A DNA stretch of 64,000 nt from contig NC_135670.1 of NCBI RefSeq assembly GCF_964188315.1, positions 62,001 to 126,000 of the forward strand, written 5' to 3'. The notes under the pieces were generated by a model. It searched no databases and was not told the DNA's origin. It was given only the letters and a program-made list of their open reading frames with translations. A program made the position numbers and the translations under genes. Origin of the DNA: Podarcis muralis (taxonomy: Eukaryota). Of the stretch, positions 21,699-51,790 are shown piece by piece (the first letter of the stretch is position 1; each line of letters begins with the position of its first letter).

Positions 21699-22801
21699 CT
21701 TATTTGAGGCAGGAGGAAAACTCGGGGCGAGGGCGGTGGAAACATGTCGCAAGCGGCAAATTCCTGGACTCGGAGGGAGGGAGGGAGGGCGAGAAGCGCG
21801 CCTCCCAACGCGCAGCTCCGGGGAAGGAGGAGGGCGGATAATCCCGGGCAAGCAAATGCAAGGAACCGGCCAGGCGGCGTTGGTCCCTGCTGGGAAAAGG
21901 TCCTGGGGCTGAGGGACTGGGGACCCTGGAACAGACCCTCCAGGGCGGATCGTCTCCCCTCCAGACGCCTCAGCTGCGCTCTCGAGGCGCGAGGAAGGCG
22001 GGCTTTGGGATAGCGCGCTAGAGCAGCCGAGTTGCGATCCTCGGCCGCCGCTTTCCTGGGAGAAAAGCCCGCCAGGCAGGGCGGCAGAAAGGGTCTTACT
22101 CCCGAGGAAGGAGCTGCCGAGTGGGACCGTCGTCTCCGCGGAGACACAGAGGGAGGAGACTTGCCTGGTCTTGGATGCGGCGCAGCTCCACTGCGGGTGG
22201 GGGAAGGAGGCAGAGTCGACCCCCTGCTCTCGGGCTCCCTTCGCAGAGCAGCGGCACCGGGCGAGTTCCCAAGAAGGCAACGGTCCCCCCCCCCCCTCGG
22301 CGGGACCGAAGCACAGCCGCCCGCCGCGCTCTCCGCCCTCCTTCCCGCAGCCCGGCGAGCCCCGAAGGGGGACAGACAGGGCGCTTCCCTCCGCCGCCGC
22401 CGCCCCGCTTACCTCCGGTCCAGCAGCGCCGGCCCGAGAGAGCAAGCCAGCCCTCCTGCTCCGGCCGCAGCTCCGACGGTCTGGTCCTGGCTCGCTCCGA
22501 AGAGGAGGAGCCGCGCCGCCAGCCCGGGACCCTTTCCTTCCCGTGGGCGCCTCGGGGGCTGCTGCAGGGCGCGCTCCGGCCGGAGAGTCCCTTCCGAGGG
22601 GCATCTCCGAAAGACGCCTCCGGCTCCCTCGCCCGCCAGCAGCCCAAGGGCCCTGGAGGGGCTCCTCCGCTTGCAAGGAGAGCCCCCTTCCTGACCAGGC
22701 CTCCCAGCCGCTGCCCAGTGAGGAGGACCTTCCATCCTTCCCGCCGCGGAGCCAGCAGGCCTCTCCCTGCCCGCCCCCAACTGCAGCTCGGATAGAGCCC
22801 C
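21699..22801 (-). CDS. Candidate 1103-nt coding exon (Gly/Ser/Pro/Arg-rich, no recognisable domain), possibly an N-terminal extension of the DAPK2-like gene; possible upstream exons 23321-23291 and 23760-23675
   Basis: Acceptor ccttgctccag| at 22802, donor AAG|gtgttt at 21699, open throughout (part of ORF 21399..22943), phases compatible with neighbouring candidate exons. The region is very GC-rich, so long ORFs can arise by chance. Confidence 0.35.
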
Positions 22802-24270
22802 CTGGAGCAAGGCAGTCAACCAGCTGCTGGGTGTGTAGAACAGGGAAGGTTTCTTGCTGACTTCCGACCCACCTGGACTGCATGCGCGTTACTTCCAGCA
22901 GCCTGGGCACAAACCCTTCAAGGGGTGGACGCGGGTGGCCCAAGCTTAAAGAACTGTCACCCGGACTGAAAGCGAAGTTAAAACTCTCTTAACCCTTCCC
23001 ACTCTGCTTTTCTCTGCCTCCCTTGACCAGCTGCAAGGCTGTAGGCATCTTTTTGAGAGCCTCTGGCTGTAGCAAACTTGGGAAAGGATTGTCTGCACAC
23101 AGTAACCAGCCCTGGCAGCTCAAGAGAGCCTCCTTGTTTAGGAGCAGTATACTGCAGAATACCAAGCGGGGGTGTGTGTGTGTAATATTGTGCTAGAAAT
23201 GCTTCCTTGGGCCAGGGCTGCTCTGATTTCTGCAGAAATCCCATCCTCACTTCTCAGGGGTTGGTTTGGATGATGCTGGAGAGCAATTACCTCCTGCCTT
23301 TGTGTTCGTGTAGCGGCAGTTCTGAAAAATCCAGGCTAGGGTCAGGCAAGGTGAAGCTGCTGTTACACAGGCAGAGAACTTAAGAGGAGTCTGGCTCAGC
23401 TGGACCCAGCCAAAGGCCTGCATCCTGTTCTCATGGTCAACCACAAGGACCTTAAGGGGAAGCCCAGAAACAGGACCTGAGCTGAACAGCAGTGACAGGA
23501 GTTCAGAAATGCATGGTGTCTGAGCCGGCCCAGAGAGCCCCACTGCCCAGTGGGATAGCTGGCCCACTGCGCCTTCTCTGGATGCCTCCTCCAGCCCCCA
23601 ACTCGCTGCTCTTGCACACCTCCTAGCGCTTCCTGACCTGGGGCAGGAGAGGAGTTATTTTTAATCCGGCTGACCTGGCCTAGCGCCTGCTGCCCACTTC
23701 TGCTTGGCTGGGACTCCTTATCAGAACGGACAGGAAGGCAGATGCTCCCCCAAGACGTGGCTGGTGATAGGAGAAGGAACACGGCTTCTCAGGGCCGGAT
23801 GGGAGAGAGCAACGGGGAAGAGGAGGCACTGTAGGCCCTTGCCCCTGGGTCAGAAAGAGAGATTCAACCACAGCCTCCTGGCGTTGAGTGTTAAAGGTGC
23901 CGTGAGCTGTTAGGAGAAACCTCCCACGCCCTATTCTGCTCACAGAGATAAAACCTACAAAATGCAAACTGTAGCTCAGAGGATCTCCCAACCGCTAAGA
24001 GTGCCCTGGCCAAACTACAGTTCGTGGATTTGTGGGGGAAATCCATGGCTGCTCAAAGTAGTGTGGTGCTGCTCCTCCACCCCACATGGGGGCCCAGCTG
24101 TTACCCTGCAAGCCCCTCGGAGCGCCCCCAGGAAACACAGAAGCTGCCTGAGGCCCCTGGGTTAGAAAGGGAGGGAAAGGAGTCCGAAGGGAGTCGGAGG
24201 GTGGAGACTGAGAGGAGCCCAAACAAACCATACTAGAATGTTCTGAGGGAGGGCAAGTTCATTTAAAAGT

Positions 24271-24344
24271 TTTATTCTTTTATAAAATCTCTTTCCAGAC
24301 AGTTTCATAAGATAACAAATAAATTACAGAATGAGAGCTTTATT
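24271..24344 (-). terminator. PRCC polyadenylation signals
   Basis: TTTATT at 24271-24276 and 24339-24344 (AATAAA on minus), at the end of an AT-rich stretch about 1.3 kb after the stop. Confidence 0.7.
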
Positions 24345-25575
24345 TTGGAATACTGAAAAAAAGAGAGGCTTTTCTAAGTACTAAAATGTTAAGGGAAATA
24401 AACTAGAAATTGCTTTTTTTTTGTTTCTGTTTAGAAAAAAATAATAATACCCTAAATACAGAGACATCATCATTCACCCAGAAATTCTGCCACAGTGAGG
24501 GGGACACGCCCTCCAAAAATGGAAAACGGGCTCCAATTTGAAAGACAACAACAACAATGAAGAGAACACAACAACCCCAAAGGGGAGGATGTGAGACCAG
24601 AAGACCGGGGATTTCGAGGGCCGCTTGATCAGGCCCAGCAGCAGAAGACTCTGAGGTGGGGCAGCAAGGAAAGAGAGCAAGTGTGTGTGCCCCAGCAGAA
24701 TTCCCCGTCTGGCTCCTCCCACCTGGAATCTGGGGAGGGGAGGGGTGGCAAGAGAGGGCCCGCCCCACAGTCACAACGGGGTATAGGCAGAGGCCCCAGA
24801 AGCCAAGAGAGTGGGAAGCCCAGAGGGTGGGTGCTGCCGCAGGCCTTGGGGCAGGCTCTGCTTGCCGCCCTCGCCCTGGGCTGGGGGCGCCTGAAAAGCC
24901 GCCAGCCTCCTGGAAGTGCACGGATCCCGCTAGCACTTAGCCCAAGTCCTGTTAACAGTGATGTGTCCTTATGGCTTTGGGGGAGAGATCACAGGCCACG
25001 CACCTTCCAGCCCTGCCTTGTGCTGAAACCCAAACACTGTCATCGAGGAGGCCACCAGGAGAGCTTCTGACGAGAAACAAGGAGGGGGCTGCCCCAAACT
25101 CTCCTCAGCCCGGAAGGGGAGAGCAAATGGTCTGGAGCACAAACACAGAGAGACACGAGAAGAACCGGGTGGGGGGCAGGGTGGGGCAGCTACAGAAGAG
25201 CACTCAGGGACAGTCCTGCCCCCCACCCCCGTGGTTGGGTGGACTGCCTGGGCTGCCCCACCTCCTGCAAGGTGAGCAGTTCCAAGGGAGTGAGCAGCGC
25301 TGGTCTCCCCCCAGCTGACAGGGGCCTCGTCCGTGTCGCGTTGGCTACTGGAAAGAAAAGGGGATTGGGGGGTGCCAGGCAGCCTAGTGGGCCAGAGCAC
25401 TCCTCTGCATCCCTCTGCCGAAGACCCCTGCGGGGAAAGGCAGCGGATGCCCCCCCCCCCCAGGCACATGGCCTCGCGCCCTTCTTCCCTCCGCAGGCCC
25501 CTCTCTTCCTTTCACGCAACGTGGTCTGGGGCTGGCAGCTTTTGCCTGAAGGGGCTCCGAGGAGACAGACGGGCC

Positions 25576-28500
25576 CTAGAATCCATACTTGGCCTGCGTC
25601 TGACGCCGACTGAGCTTGTTCTCGGCCCATGTGTTCTTCAGCTCCAGCTCGCGCTCTTTTGCCTGCCCCAGAAAGAGAGGGAGGAGGTGGAGGCTCAGAA
25701 GCTGGGCCCTTCGCTTGGCAGGGTGCCTGTCCCACCCGCACCACCAAGACACCCGCACTGCCCCAGGGGCCTGACCCACTCTTGAAAACAGGGCTTGGTT
25801 TGGGGTTTCTGGACTTCAGCCGCAGACGGGCAGCAATGCTGAGCATCAGGCAGGACACATGATTTTCCTCCCAGAGGATGCTGGACTGCATCTCCCATCA
25901 GCCCAGCGGTCAGCCTGGAGGTGATGGTGGATGTTGCAGTCCCAAAGTGTCTAATTTGTAATATTAGTTTGGAAAATCAATAAATTGGCAAAGTGTCTGG
26001 TGGGCCATGGATGGCCCACAACCCCTGCTCTAGAGCAAACCCCGCGGGAGCCCTGGGCAGGATCTTGACAGCAGGGCAGAAGAGGACCCACTTTGCCAAC
26101 TGCTGCGGCTTCCAGGGCACAAGATCCAAACTAGGGTGACCCCCAGGGGGGCAGGGAGGGGGCAACCCGGCAGCCTCACCTGGTGAATCAGATACGTGAT
26201 CTGGTGCTTCCTCCGCTGTTGCCCCGTGGGCTGCTCCCCTTTTTTCTGGAGAGAAACAGAGACAGGAGTTGTGATTACCAGCAGAGCAGGAGGGGGGAGG
26301 GAAGGCTCCCCCTGGGGGGGGGGGCAGAGGGGCCCCCTCACCTTGCTGAAGGACTTCATGTTCTGCTCCTCTGTCAAAGACTTGGTCAGCCACTGCTGGG
26401 CGCCGCTCAGCTGGTCGTCCCCCTTGATCTCCACAAAGTTGATCTCTTCCCGCCCGCGGTTCCGCTTGCCTTGCAGACGCTTGAACTGAGCGAGGGACGG
26501 GAGGAGGGAAGAGGGATTCAGTCTGCTGAGCATCCCAAACACGATTAATCCCAGGCCCATTGAGGCCGGGCTGGAGCTGAAGCAGCCAGAAGCCCCTTTT
26601 GCAGTGTCCACAGCCAACCAGCCCCCCTCCCTGACCTCCTGCGGAAGAGCAAGTGGATGCAGATGAGCTGCCTCCTTTGAGCAGTCCCAAACCAACCTCT
26701 GACCCTCCTTTCTAGGGGGGAAAACACTTTCTGCTCACTCAGGGGACAGAAATGGGGGTGGGAAGTGGGAGGGAGAGGCCATCCTTTCATAAGACCAGAG
26801 AACAAAACCTTCCACTTCTGGGGGTCCTATCCTGCCCCCCGTTTCTAAGCAGAAGGCCCTGTTTAGAGTTGCTGAAAGCTAGAAGCCAAGAAGATGTCAG
26901 ACCTGCACCCACACCTCTTGGGTGGGGCTGCTTGTCCCTGCCTGCCCAGCAGCCTTGGAATCCAAGTTCTGCAGTCCCTGCCAAGTACCAGAGACCCCCT
27001 CACCCCCAAAACAGCCGGAGGAGAGGGTGCCCCGCCCCACCCCACCAGTGAGGGGGCCCTGCTGAGAGCAGCTTCTCACCGCTTCATCGTCCATGAAGGA
27101 GGAAGAAGCGCCTTCGCTGCTCATCTCTTGGGGCGGGCCCAGCTCTGGGTCTGTGTCCGAGTAGTAGCTGCTGCTGCTGTAGTAATCCTGCTGCAGAGGA
27201 AGCCAGGTGGGGGAAAGGATCGCCTCAGCACCAGGAGAGGAAGCTGCTGCAGGACCAGCCACTTTGCCTGCCACCCGTCCCTGTGCCCATCCCAGCCTCC
27301 TTCCCGGAAGCCGCTCACCCTCCCCACTGTGCCAGCCACCCTTGAGGCTCAACCCCCCAGCTGCAGAAGGAGCCTCTGGCTATGCCCCTCTCACCTGGTA
27401 GTAGGGGCTGGGGCCGCCTGCATTGCTGCAGCCAGGGTAGAGCGCATAGTGCTGCCCGCCATAGTCTTCACCAGGCTTGGGGGCCCAGCTGTGGGAAGCT
27501 GAGCTGGCCCCCGGCCCCGTCTTGAACTCCAGCGGGGCGTTGGCAGCTGTGTCCTGGCTCTCGGGCTCAGGGTCCGGCTCCGTCCCAGGGGGCAGATCAT
27601 CCGGCACCACGGGGCCAGGGTAGGCGTAGGCCTCTGGACTGAGGGCTGGTGCATCGCTCCGGTCAGACAGGGAGAAGTAGTTCTCGGGGGCCACCTCCTC
27701 ATCGCTGTCATTCTCCTCCTGTGTGATCTGCTTGGTCACCTGCAGGGCGGCGCTCTTGGCGGCCGCCTTGATGGCTGATGGGGAGGGAGTCGTGGTTGCC
27801 GTCACGGCCGAGGGTGCCTTCAGGGGAGGCTTTGGCTTGGAGGAGGGTGGGCCTTTGGCAGACTTGGCTTCCGGGGAGCTCTCGGCAGCAGCAGCCACTT
27901 TCCTAGAGAAAGCATAAGGGAGCAGCAGCCGGTTCGTCTCTTTCACCGTCAGGTTCTTGGGCTGAGGAAGTAGAGCAGACAAGCCGGAGCCCTCGCTCTG
28001 GGCCTGGAGGGTGGGAAGACATAGGGGAAGGTGAGGCAGGGGCAGGAAGGACTACATCCACCTGGGCCTGCCGGCAAGGGGACGGCGGGAGCCACAGCAG
28101 CCCCTCCTTCACCCAGGAAGCTGCACCATGAAGCAACACCAAGCCAGGCCACATAGCTTGCTGCCGCCACCTGCCTCAGGGAAGGAGCCAAGCAGGAGCT
28201 AGCCGTGCCTTCGCAGAAAGACACGAGCTGTGGCTGACCGAGAAGCCTGCACTGACAGATCGACTGAACTTTGTCTCACATGTGAGATTTCACTAACATG
28301 ACTAATCCAGAGAGGCAACTCAACCCCAGAGGGCCAGGATGGACATCTGCCTGACTAGGGGCAAACACTTTTCACTGAAAGCAAGGTGCTCCCACTCTCC
28401 CCCCCCCCCTTTACAGAAGCATCACTTGCCCAAGTCCTCACCTGGAAAGAGGGATGCTTCTTTGCTGGTTCATCTTCCTCGGAATCCGACTGAAAGAGAG

Positions 28501-31500
28501 AGAGCAGAACTGAGTGCAAGGGGGGGGGGGAGGGAGAGAGAGAGAGAGCGCGCTATTTTGAATCCAATGCAGATCTGGACTGGGACAGAGGTAGACAGTG
28601 CAAAAGGTCTCTACATTTTCAACTAATATATATCTACCTCTGCCCCAGTCCAGATCTGTATTGGGTTCAAAATAGTTTTTTACACAGGAAATTGTGTGAA
28701 CATGTGAAATTGTTTCGTCATTGTTTGTATATATGAAATTGCTTCTAACAATGATGCTACCAGAAATTTTATGGGAATTAATCACAAAGGCGATAAAGTA
28801 AGTAACAAACAATCCTTCTCTCAACTTAATTCACTCAGATCTTAACACTGCTAGGCATATATCTGCAGTACAGCTTTTTCTTACATTACGTTAGTCCTAC
28901 TCAGAGTCACCTACTGAAGCTAATGGATGTGACTAAATAGGGTCCAAAAATTTCAACTGGTCTACTCTAACTTAGCTAAATAGAACCCAAGTATTGCTTG
29001 TATTGTGGGCCTTGGATGACTTATGCATGAGAAGGGTGCACATAAATTTTACTTAAAAAACAAAAAAAGGTTTCCCTGTTGCATGGATAGGAAGAAACAT
29101 TTGGCAACTCCTCCTCCCTTCCCTCCTGCTGCAAGTAAGTGATAAGGACAGATCCAGCAGCTCCTAGAAAGCAGAAACAGCAGCTGTCTTTGTGTGGAGC
29201 TTTGCAAGAGGGCCCAGTGAGCTCCTCCACCAGCACCACTCCCTGAGGCGAGTGCCCTTATCACCACAGCCTTCCTTCTTCGCCCTCCAGTTTTAGCTTA
29301 GAAGTGCGATCCAAAGGTCAAGGAAGGAATCGGACCACAAAAGGCAAACCTTGGCACTCCAGCCAAGCAGAGTGATGAGCACCTTGGATTCCAAAAAAAG
29401 CAGCAGGTTCCCAAGCTCTCGCAAAACCAGCTCTCAGTTGCTGGGCAGCGCCCACTGCAGGTTCAGAGAGGTGCGGGCGGGGAGCCTTGAGTTCATCAAC
29501 TCTTCACCACTTGCCCATGTTTGCTCCCTCTGCTTTTCAACAAGCTGCAATCTACCAAGTCCATCTCCCTTCATATACACTGACTTACACACAACATTCC
29601 CAGTCCTACTTGCAGAAGTAGGGGATTGAGCCTCCTACCTTCTGCATGTAAAGCAGATACTCTAGCAATAGGCTGCAGGCCTTTCCCCCAAATAAAGTTA
29701 AGATTCTAGTCCTCATGTTTCTAAATAATACTGAGTCTAAATAATACTGAGTCCATCTTACTCAGTACTGTCCAGACTGGCAGGTGGCAGTTCCCCAGAG
29801 TTTCAGTCAGCAGACATTGCCAGTCCCACCTGGAGACAGCCCACCCAGACCCACTGAAGCAAACGGACTTGATAGCCACTGTCAGTAACAATGGGTCTCC
29901 TCTGAGTAGGACAAGATCCCACTTAGGTCCAAAGTAACAAAATGAATTCCACAAAGGACAAATGTACGGTTCTGCACTTAGGCAGGAGGAACCAGCTGCA
30001 CAAATATAAGATGGGGCACCTGGCTTGCCAGTAGTACCTGTGAGAAGGATCAGGGGGAAGACAGGCGAACTAATATCAGTGTACTGGGAGAAGCAAAGAT
30101 CACCAGTGTTGAAGCAATGATTCTTCAACATCAACTTTGTTGGACTGGTCATGTTGTGTGGATGCCTGATGATCGTCTTCCAAAGCAAGTACTCTATTCC
30201 GAACTTAAAAATGGAAAGTGTAATGCTGGTGGTCAACAAAAGTGGTTTAAAGACTGTCTCAAGGCAAATCTTTAAAAAATGTAGTATAAACACTGACAAC
30301 TGGGAAACACTGGCCTGTGAGCGCTCCAGTTGGAGAACAGCCTTTACCAAAGGTGTCATGGGCTTTGAAGACACTCGAACTCAGGACGCAAGGGAGAAAC
30401 ATGCTAGGAGGAAGGCACGCTTGGCAAATCCACACTCTGATCAACTCCCGCCCGGAAACCAATGTCCCCACTGTGGAAGGACACATGGATCCAGAATTGG
30501 CCTCCACTGTCACTTACGGACTCATTGTTAAAACCATGTTTATGGAAGACAATCTTACTCAGCTATGAGTGATCGCCAAAGAAGAAGAAGAAGAAGAAGA
30601 AGAAGAAGAAGAAGAAGAAGAAGAAGAAGAAGAAGGGGGGTCTTGGTAGATCACATGGCCCAAAGGTGTGATGCAGCAGCAAAAAAAGGTAACACTATTC
30701 TAGGCTGCATCAACAGATGTATAGTGTCCAGATCAAGGGAAGTCATAGTCCTGCTTTATTCTGCCTTGGTCAGACCACACTTGGAATACTGTGTTCAGTT
30801 CTGGGCACCACAATTTAAGAAGGATGTCGACAAGCTGGAAGGTGTGCAGAGGAGGGCAACCAAGAGGATCAAGGGTCCTGAAACCAAGCCTGAGGAGGAA
30901 CGGTTGAAGGAGCTGGGTATGCTTAGCCTGGAAAAGAGGAGACTGAGAGGAGCTAGACAGCCATCTTAAAGAAGGGCTGTCACATGGAGGAGGGAAGATG
31001 CTTGTTTTCTCTTGCTCTGGAGGGGAGGACTCAAACCAATAGATTCAAGTTACAAGAAAGGATATTCTGACTAAACATCAGAATATGTTTAGTTTGTGAC
31101 AGTAAGAGCTGTTTGGCAGTGGAACAGACTCCCATGAGAGTGGCGGACTCTCCTTCCTTGGAGGTTTTTAAACAGAGGCTGGCTGGCCATCTGTCCTGGA
31201 TGCTCCAGCTGAGACTTCTGCATTGCCGGGGGTTGGACTAGATGAGCCATGGTGTCCCTTCCAGCTCTAAGACTCTATTATTCTAATGCTTGTTGACAGC
31301 TTTCATAAAGATACTAAATATTTCATTTAGTATTTTATGCTGTGTATTTTGCTACAGTATTAAAAACTGCTTTCTGATTTAATAGCGAGTTCTTAAATTG
31401 TACATGTTTCCTGCAGGAAGATGTGGCAAGCTGGGAAGATGCCAGCCGAGTCGGGTCAGCTCCAAGCATATTGCTTTCAAGGTGCTACCATGAGACCCTC

Positions 31501-32119
31501 TGGGCTGCATTGCACACCAGTCCTACTCAGGAGGAGACCCACTGACGATAAGGGACAGGGCCACACGGGGACGCCAGTGGCACCATGCCTCCGTTGCCAT
31601 AGGTCTACTCTCGAGTCGGCCTTGCGGCTGCGGGCTCCTCCTGCCCCTCCCTGCCGAGGAAGAGGGCGGGCGGCGGGCCCGATCCTGCGCTCTTCCTCCA
31701 CGAAGGGCCCCCAGGACACTCACGTCCCCCAGATGAGGCGCCGCGATCCGCACGGGCTGCGTCCTCTTCTTGCCCGGGGCTCGCTCGGAGGCGGCAGCGG
31801 CCAGAAGCGGCGGCGGGGACGAGGCCGGGATAGGCCGCGGCGCCAAAGGAAGTGGAAGGCCGGCTGTGAGGGGCCGGTGGGGCTGCTGCTGCTGCTGCTG
31901 CGAAGCGAAGCCCGCGCCGGCCTTGGGCGGCGGGAGGGCGGAGAAGAGTCCGCGGCCGCCTCCGCCTCGCCGGCCCAGCTCCCGGCCCCTCTCCCGCTCC
32001 TCTGTCGCTTCTTCTTCGTCGTCGTCGTCGTCTCCGTCTGTTCCTCCTCCCTCCTCCTCGGCCGCGTCGCTCTCCTCCTGCTCCTCCTCCTCGCTGCTGG
32101 CGTAGGCCACCAAGGACAT
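25576..32119 (-). CDS. PRCC: Proline-rich protein PRCC. Exons (minus): 32119-31724, 28489-28442, 28003-27395, 27187-27080, 26485-26342, 26245-26180, 25662-25576; 485 aa
   Basis: Starts MSLVAYASS; SDSEEDEP; [22 protein letters not shown]; [32 protein letters not shown]; [22 protein letters not shown]; ends [28 protein letters not shown]. All introns phase 0, GT-AG. Confidence 0.97.
29935..31287 (+). mobile_element. CR1 LINE 3-prime portion, split by the RTE insertion (29935-30052 and 30635-31287)
   Basis: [12 protein letters not shown] before the insertion; [33 protein letters not shown] after it; CR1 3-prime UTR GGGTTGGACTAGATG..TTCCA and ATTCT tail. Confidence 0.9.
30056..30634 (+). mobile_element. 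5-prime-truncated RTE-clade LINE with (GAA)18 tail, nested in a CR1
   Basis: Degenerate RT C-terminal region followed by CPHC..H..H zinc knuckle (ORF 30151..30531 end) and (GAA)18 at 30581-30634. Confidence 0.85.
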
Positions 32120-33390
32120 GGCCGCCCCCTCCTTACCGCCGGCTGCTGCTGCTACGCGAGGCCGAGGCTGCGCCCGCCGCACTAGGCCGCGCTCGCTTGA
32201 GCGTGAAGCCCGCTAGGCCGCAGCGGTCGTCATGGCAACGCCCCCGCCGCCGGAAGGAAGGCCGGGTGAGGAGGCGGGCTCTGGCCCCCCCCGCCCCCTC
32301 TTTCCCTTCTTCCTTCCTTCTACGGAGGCGGCCTGCTCCAAGCTCCGACTCGGCTCCGGGCAATGGCGGCCGCGGTGCAAGGAGGAGGCGGCGCGGGGGC
32401 TCTCGCCTTCTTCCTCCCTCAGTGCGGGAGCGGGGAGGGAGAAACTACGACTCCCAGGAGCAGCCGCGCCGGAAGTAGCCGCTGGGCCACCGGCATGGTG
32501 GCGCGCGGTGGCTGCCGGGAAGCCGAGTCCTGGGTGGCGTCGGCTCCGCTTCCCTTTCCTCCCTCGCCTCCGACCTCCAGGGAGGGAATGTCACGGCTCC
32601 CATCAGGCACCTCGCCCGCCCGCGCGCGCTCGAACCTGCCGCCGAGTCAAAATGGCCGCGGGGGCGGGGCTCCTTTGTCAGCCGCCTGAGGCGCCTCGCC
32701 CTCGAGAGGCGGAGGAAGCTTCGGCCCTTGGGTCTCCTTGCAATGCGGCTGCCTTTTCAACCGGCCGGGCGGTTCATGTTCGCGACCCCCTTAGGATCTC
32801 TGCCCCGCCCTCGATTAAAAGCGAGCAGACCCCCCCCAGTCCCAGCAGCGCCCTCCCGTCGTGGGGCCACTTGGGTTCCGCCGGGGAGGCGCCACTACAA
32901 ATCCCATCGCCACCAGCCATTGGGAATAAAGAGCCGCGTCTGAAGCGAAAGGCTTTCCCGGCGGCGGCGGGGGTTTCCTCCAGGGCTCCACGTGCGCGGC
33001 GGCCGCGAGGATCGCCTATTTTCCGCGCAGCAAGCGGCTCCCGGGCTGGCGCCTCCCCCCGCCGCCTCCCTGGGGGCGCCCTCGGCGGGCTCTCCGGGCG
33101 GCGCCTCCTCCGCCTCCTGGCGGCCGGGGGCGGGGAAAGGCAGCGGCCTCGTCGGAGGAGGCGGAGCCGGGCCTCCCTCGCCAGCCTCGCCACCGCTTTT
33201 CAAACCCAAACAAGCGCCCCCGGGGAGCCCAGGCGCGCCTCCGCCAGCCAAACTGTTGCGCGGCGGCGGCGGCAGCCCGGAGAGCAGCGCCCGCCCGGAG
33301 GAGCAGCCGGAGCAGCAGCCCCAGGAGGAGGCGCGGCGCTCTCGCTCGCCCCGGAGGAGGCAGGCCGCCCGCCGGCCCCCGCGCCGCGCC
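32120..33390. promoter_or_regulatory. Bidirectional CpG-island promoter shared by PRCC and HDGF
   Basis: 1271 bp between the divergent ATGs, very CpG-rich. ACTACGACTCCCAG 32444-32457 and ACTACAAATCCCA 32894-32906 (ZNF143/THAP11-type), CCGGAAGT 32469-32476 (ETS/GABP), AAAATGGCCGC 32649-32659 (YY1-like), GTCATGGCAAC near 32229-32239 (RFX X-box-like). Confidence 0.85.
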
Positions 33391-50408
<17,018 letters not shown>

Positions 50409-50708
50409 CCGGCCGACCCGACCTGCTCTTCTCCTTCTCCGGACCCGATCCCGGCCTGCTGGCGGTTTCCCTGGGTGCTCAGAACCAGACTCCGACCCGC
50501 TGCCTGTGCCCCTCGTGGGGAGGGGGTTCAGGAGCCACATTTCTGCGGAAGGAAGCGGAAGGAAATGGCTCTGCCCAGCCGCCTCCCTCTGCCCCCCCCC
50601 CTCCATCTCTCTCTCTCTCTCTCCTCTTCTGGCCTCGCCATTTTGCGGGTCCTGCGCTTTGAGTTAGTCCTTTCTAGGGGGTTGGGAAACGCTGGTCAGC
50701 CACTTTGA

Positions 50709-50714
50709 AATAAA
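50709..50714 (+). terminator. HDGF polyadenylation signal
   Basis: First AATAAA about 300 nt after the stop codon. Confidence 0.6.
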
Positions 50715-51220
50715 AGCAGTTGAATGCCTTTTTAAAAAAACAACCCTGGTTTTGGATTTGCTTCCAGGCGCTCTGGGGTGAAATGGGGGGGGCTGGTCCT
50801 TTGCACCTTCTCAAAACGGGGGAGAGGGTGGGATAAAGGGGATTTGGGTGTGCAAGGCCTCACCCTCAACCCCATGGCATGAGCCTCCGATGCCGCCATC
50901 TGCATCCCCCTCCCCAGGTTGCCTCAGCGCAGGTGGCTGAGGTCTGCTGGGCAGGGGAGACGCAGGGACGGCTTGCCAACGTCCCCCAGAGCACACACAC
51001 CCCCACTGGCCCAAAGGGGCTCCTGGGAGACTCTGGGCAAGTGCAGCAATTTCTGGCTGGCCTTTTTTCCTTTCAAATAACTCGTTTGGTGGTTCTTTGG
51101 GGCCACCCCCCTGCAAGGGGAAGGAAGGTGGGGAAGATTCAGCCAAGGGCCCCCAAAGGATCAAGGGGGGGGAGGGACTTCCAGGAGGAAAGGTTGCACC
51201 CTTCGGGACTTTTTAGTTAA

Positions 51221-51374
51221 CAGTGGTGTCCTAACTTTTTTCAGAGAGGGCCAGATTTGATGAAGTGAAGGGCCGTGAGGGCCAACCATAGTTGTTGAGC
51301 TTCTGCCACAGGGGCCTGATTAAACTGACCAGCGGGCCAGATTAAGCCCCCGAAACAGACTTTGGACATGCCTG
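51221..51374. mobile_element. Degenerate hAT-like MITE
   Basis: CAGTGGTGTCCTAAC ... TTTGGACATGCCTG imperfect termini; no clear TSD. Confidence 0.5.
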
Positions 51375-51379
51375 GTTTA

Positions 51380-51790
51380 AAGAAAAGGCAAAGAGGTGAC
51401 ATGAAAGAAGTTTATAAAATTGCACGTGGCACAGAGAAAAGATGGATGTTGGGAGACAGGACAGGTGAAAGTCCTGACTAGTTAAAACTTTGGACCTCCT
51501 TCCCACAGAAGGCTCAGATAGCTGCCAGCCTGAATAGTTTTAAAAGAGGATTGGGCAAATTCATGGAGGAAGAGAGGGATATCGATGGCAACTAGCAAAG
51601 ATGGCTGGGCTCTGCTCTCCACACTCAGAGGCAGCCGTGCTTCTGAAGGCCAGTTGCTGGAAGCCACAGGAGGGGAGAATTGCTCTTGTGCTTGGATCCT
51701 TCTTGTGGGTTCCCCCGAATAGGCTTGGCCCCTGTGAGAACAGGATGCTGGTCTAGATGGGTCCCTTTTGGCCTGATCCAGCAACCAGGC
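51380..51790 (+). mobile_element. CR1 LINE 3-prime fragment; many further CR1 tails, e.g. 34555-34735(+), 36985-37080(-), 38855-39045, 41660-42040(+), 44990-45080(-), 56200-56440(-), 57815-57970(-), 58960-59160, 61150-61420(+), 61970-62045(-)
   Basis: Recurring motifs GTTAAACT..GGAACTCCCTCCCA, TTTAAAAGAGGATTGG.CAAATTCATGGAG and TAGAGTTGGAAGGGACC..GGTCATCTAGTCCAACCCC. Confidence 0.8.

Noticed and set aside
29721-29752. 16-bp tandem duplication CTAAATAATACTGAGT
   Set aside because: Simple local duplication next to a SINE relic, no sign of function.
30565-30969. Poly-Arg ORF followed by RT-like sequence
   Set aside because: Translation of the RTE (GAA)18 tail running into the CR1 RT remnant.
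32120-32182. In-frame GTG 21 codons upstream of the PRCC ATG
   Set aside because: The ATG at 32119 is in good context and gives the conserved MSLVAY N-terminus; no support for an extension.
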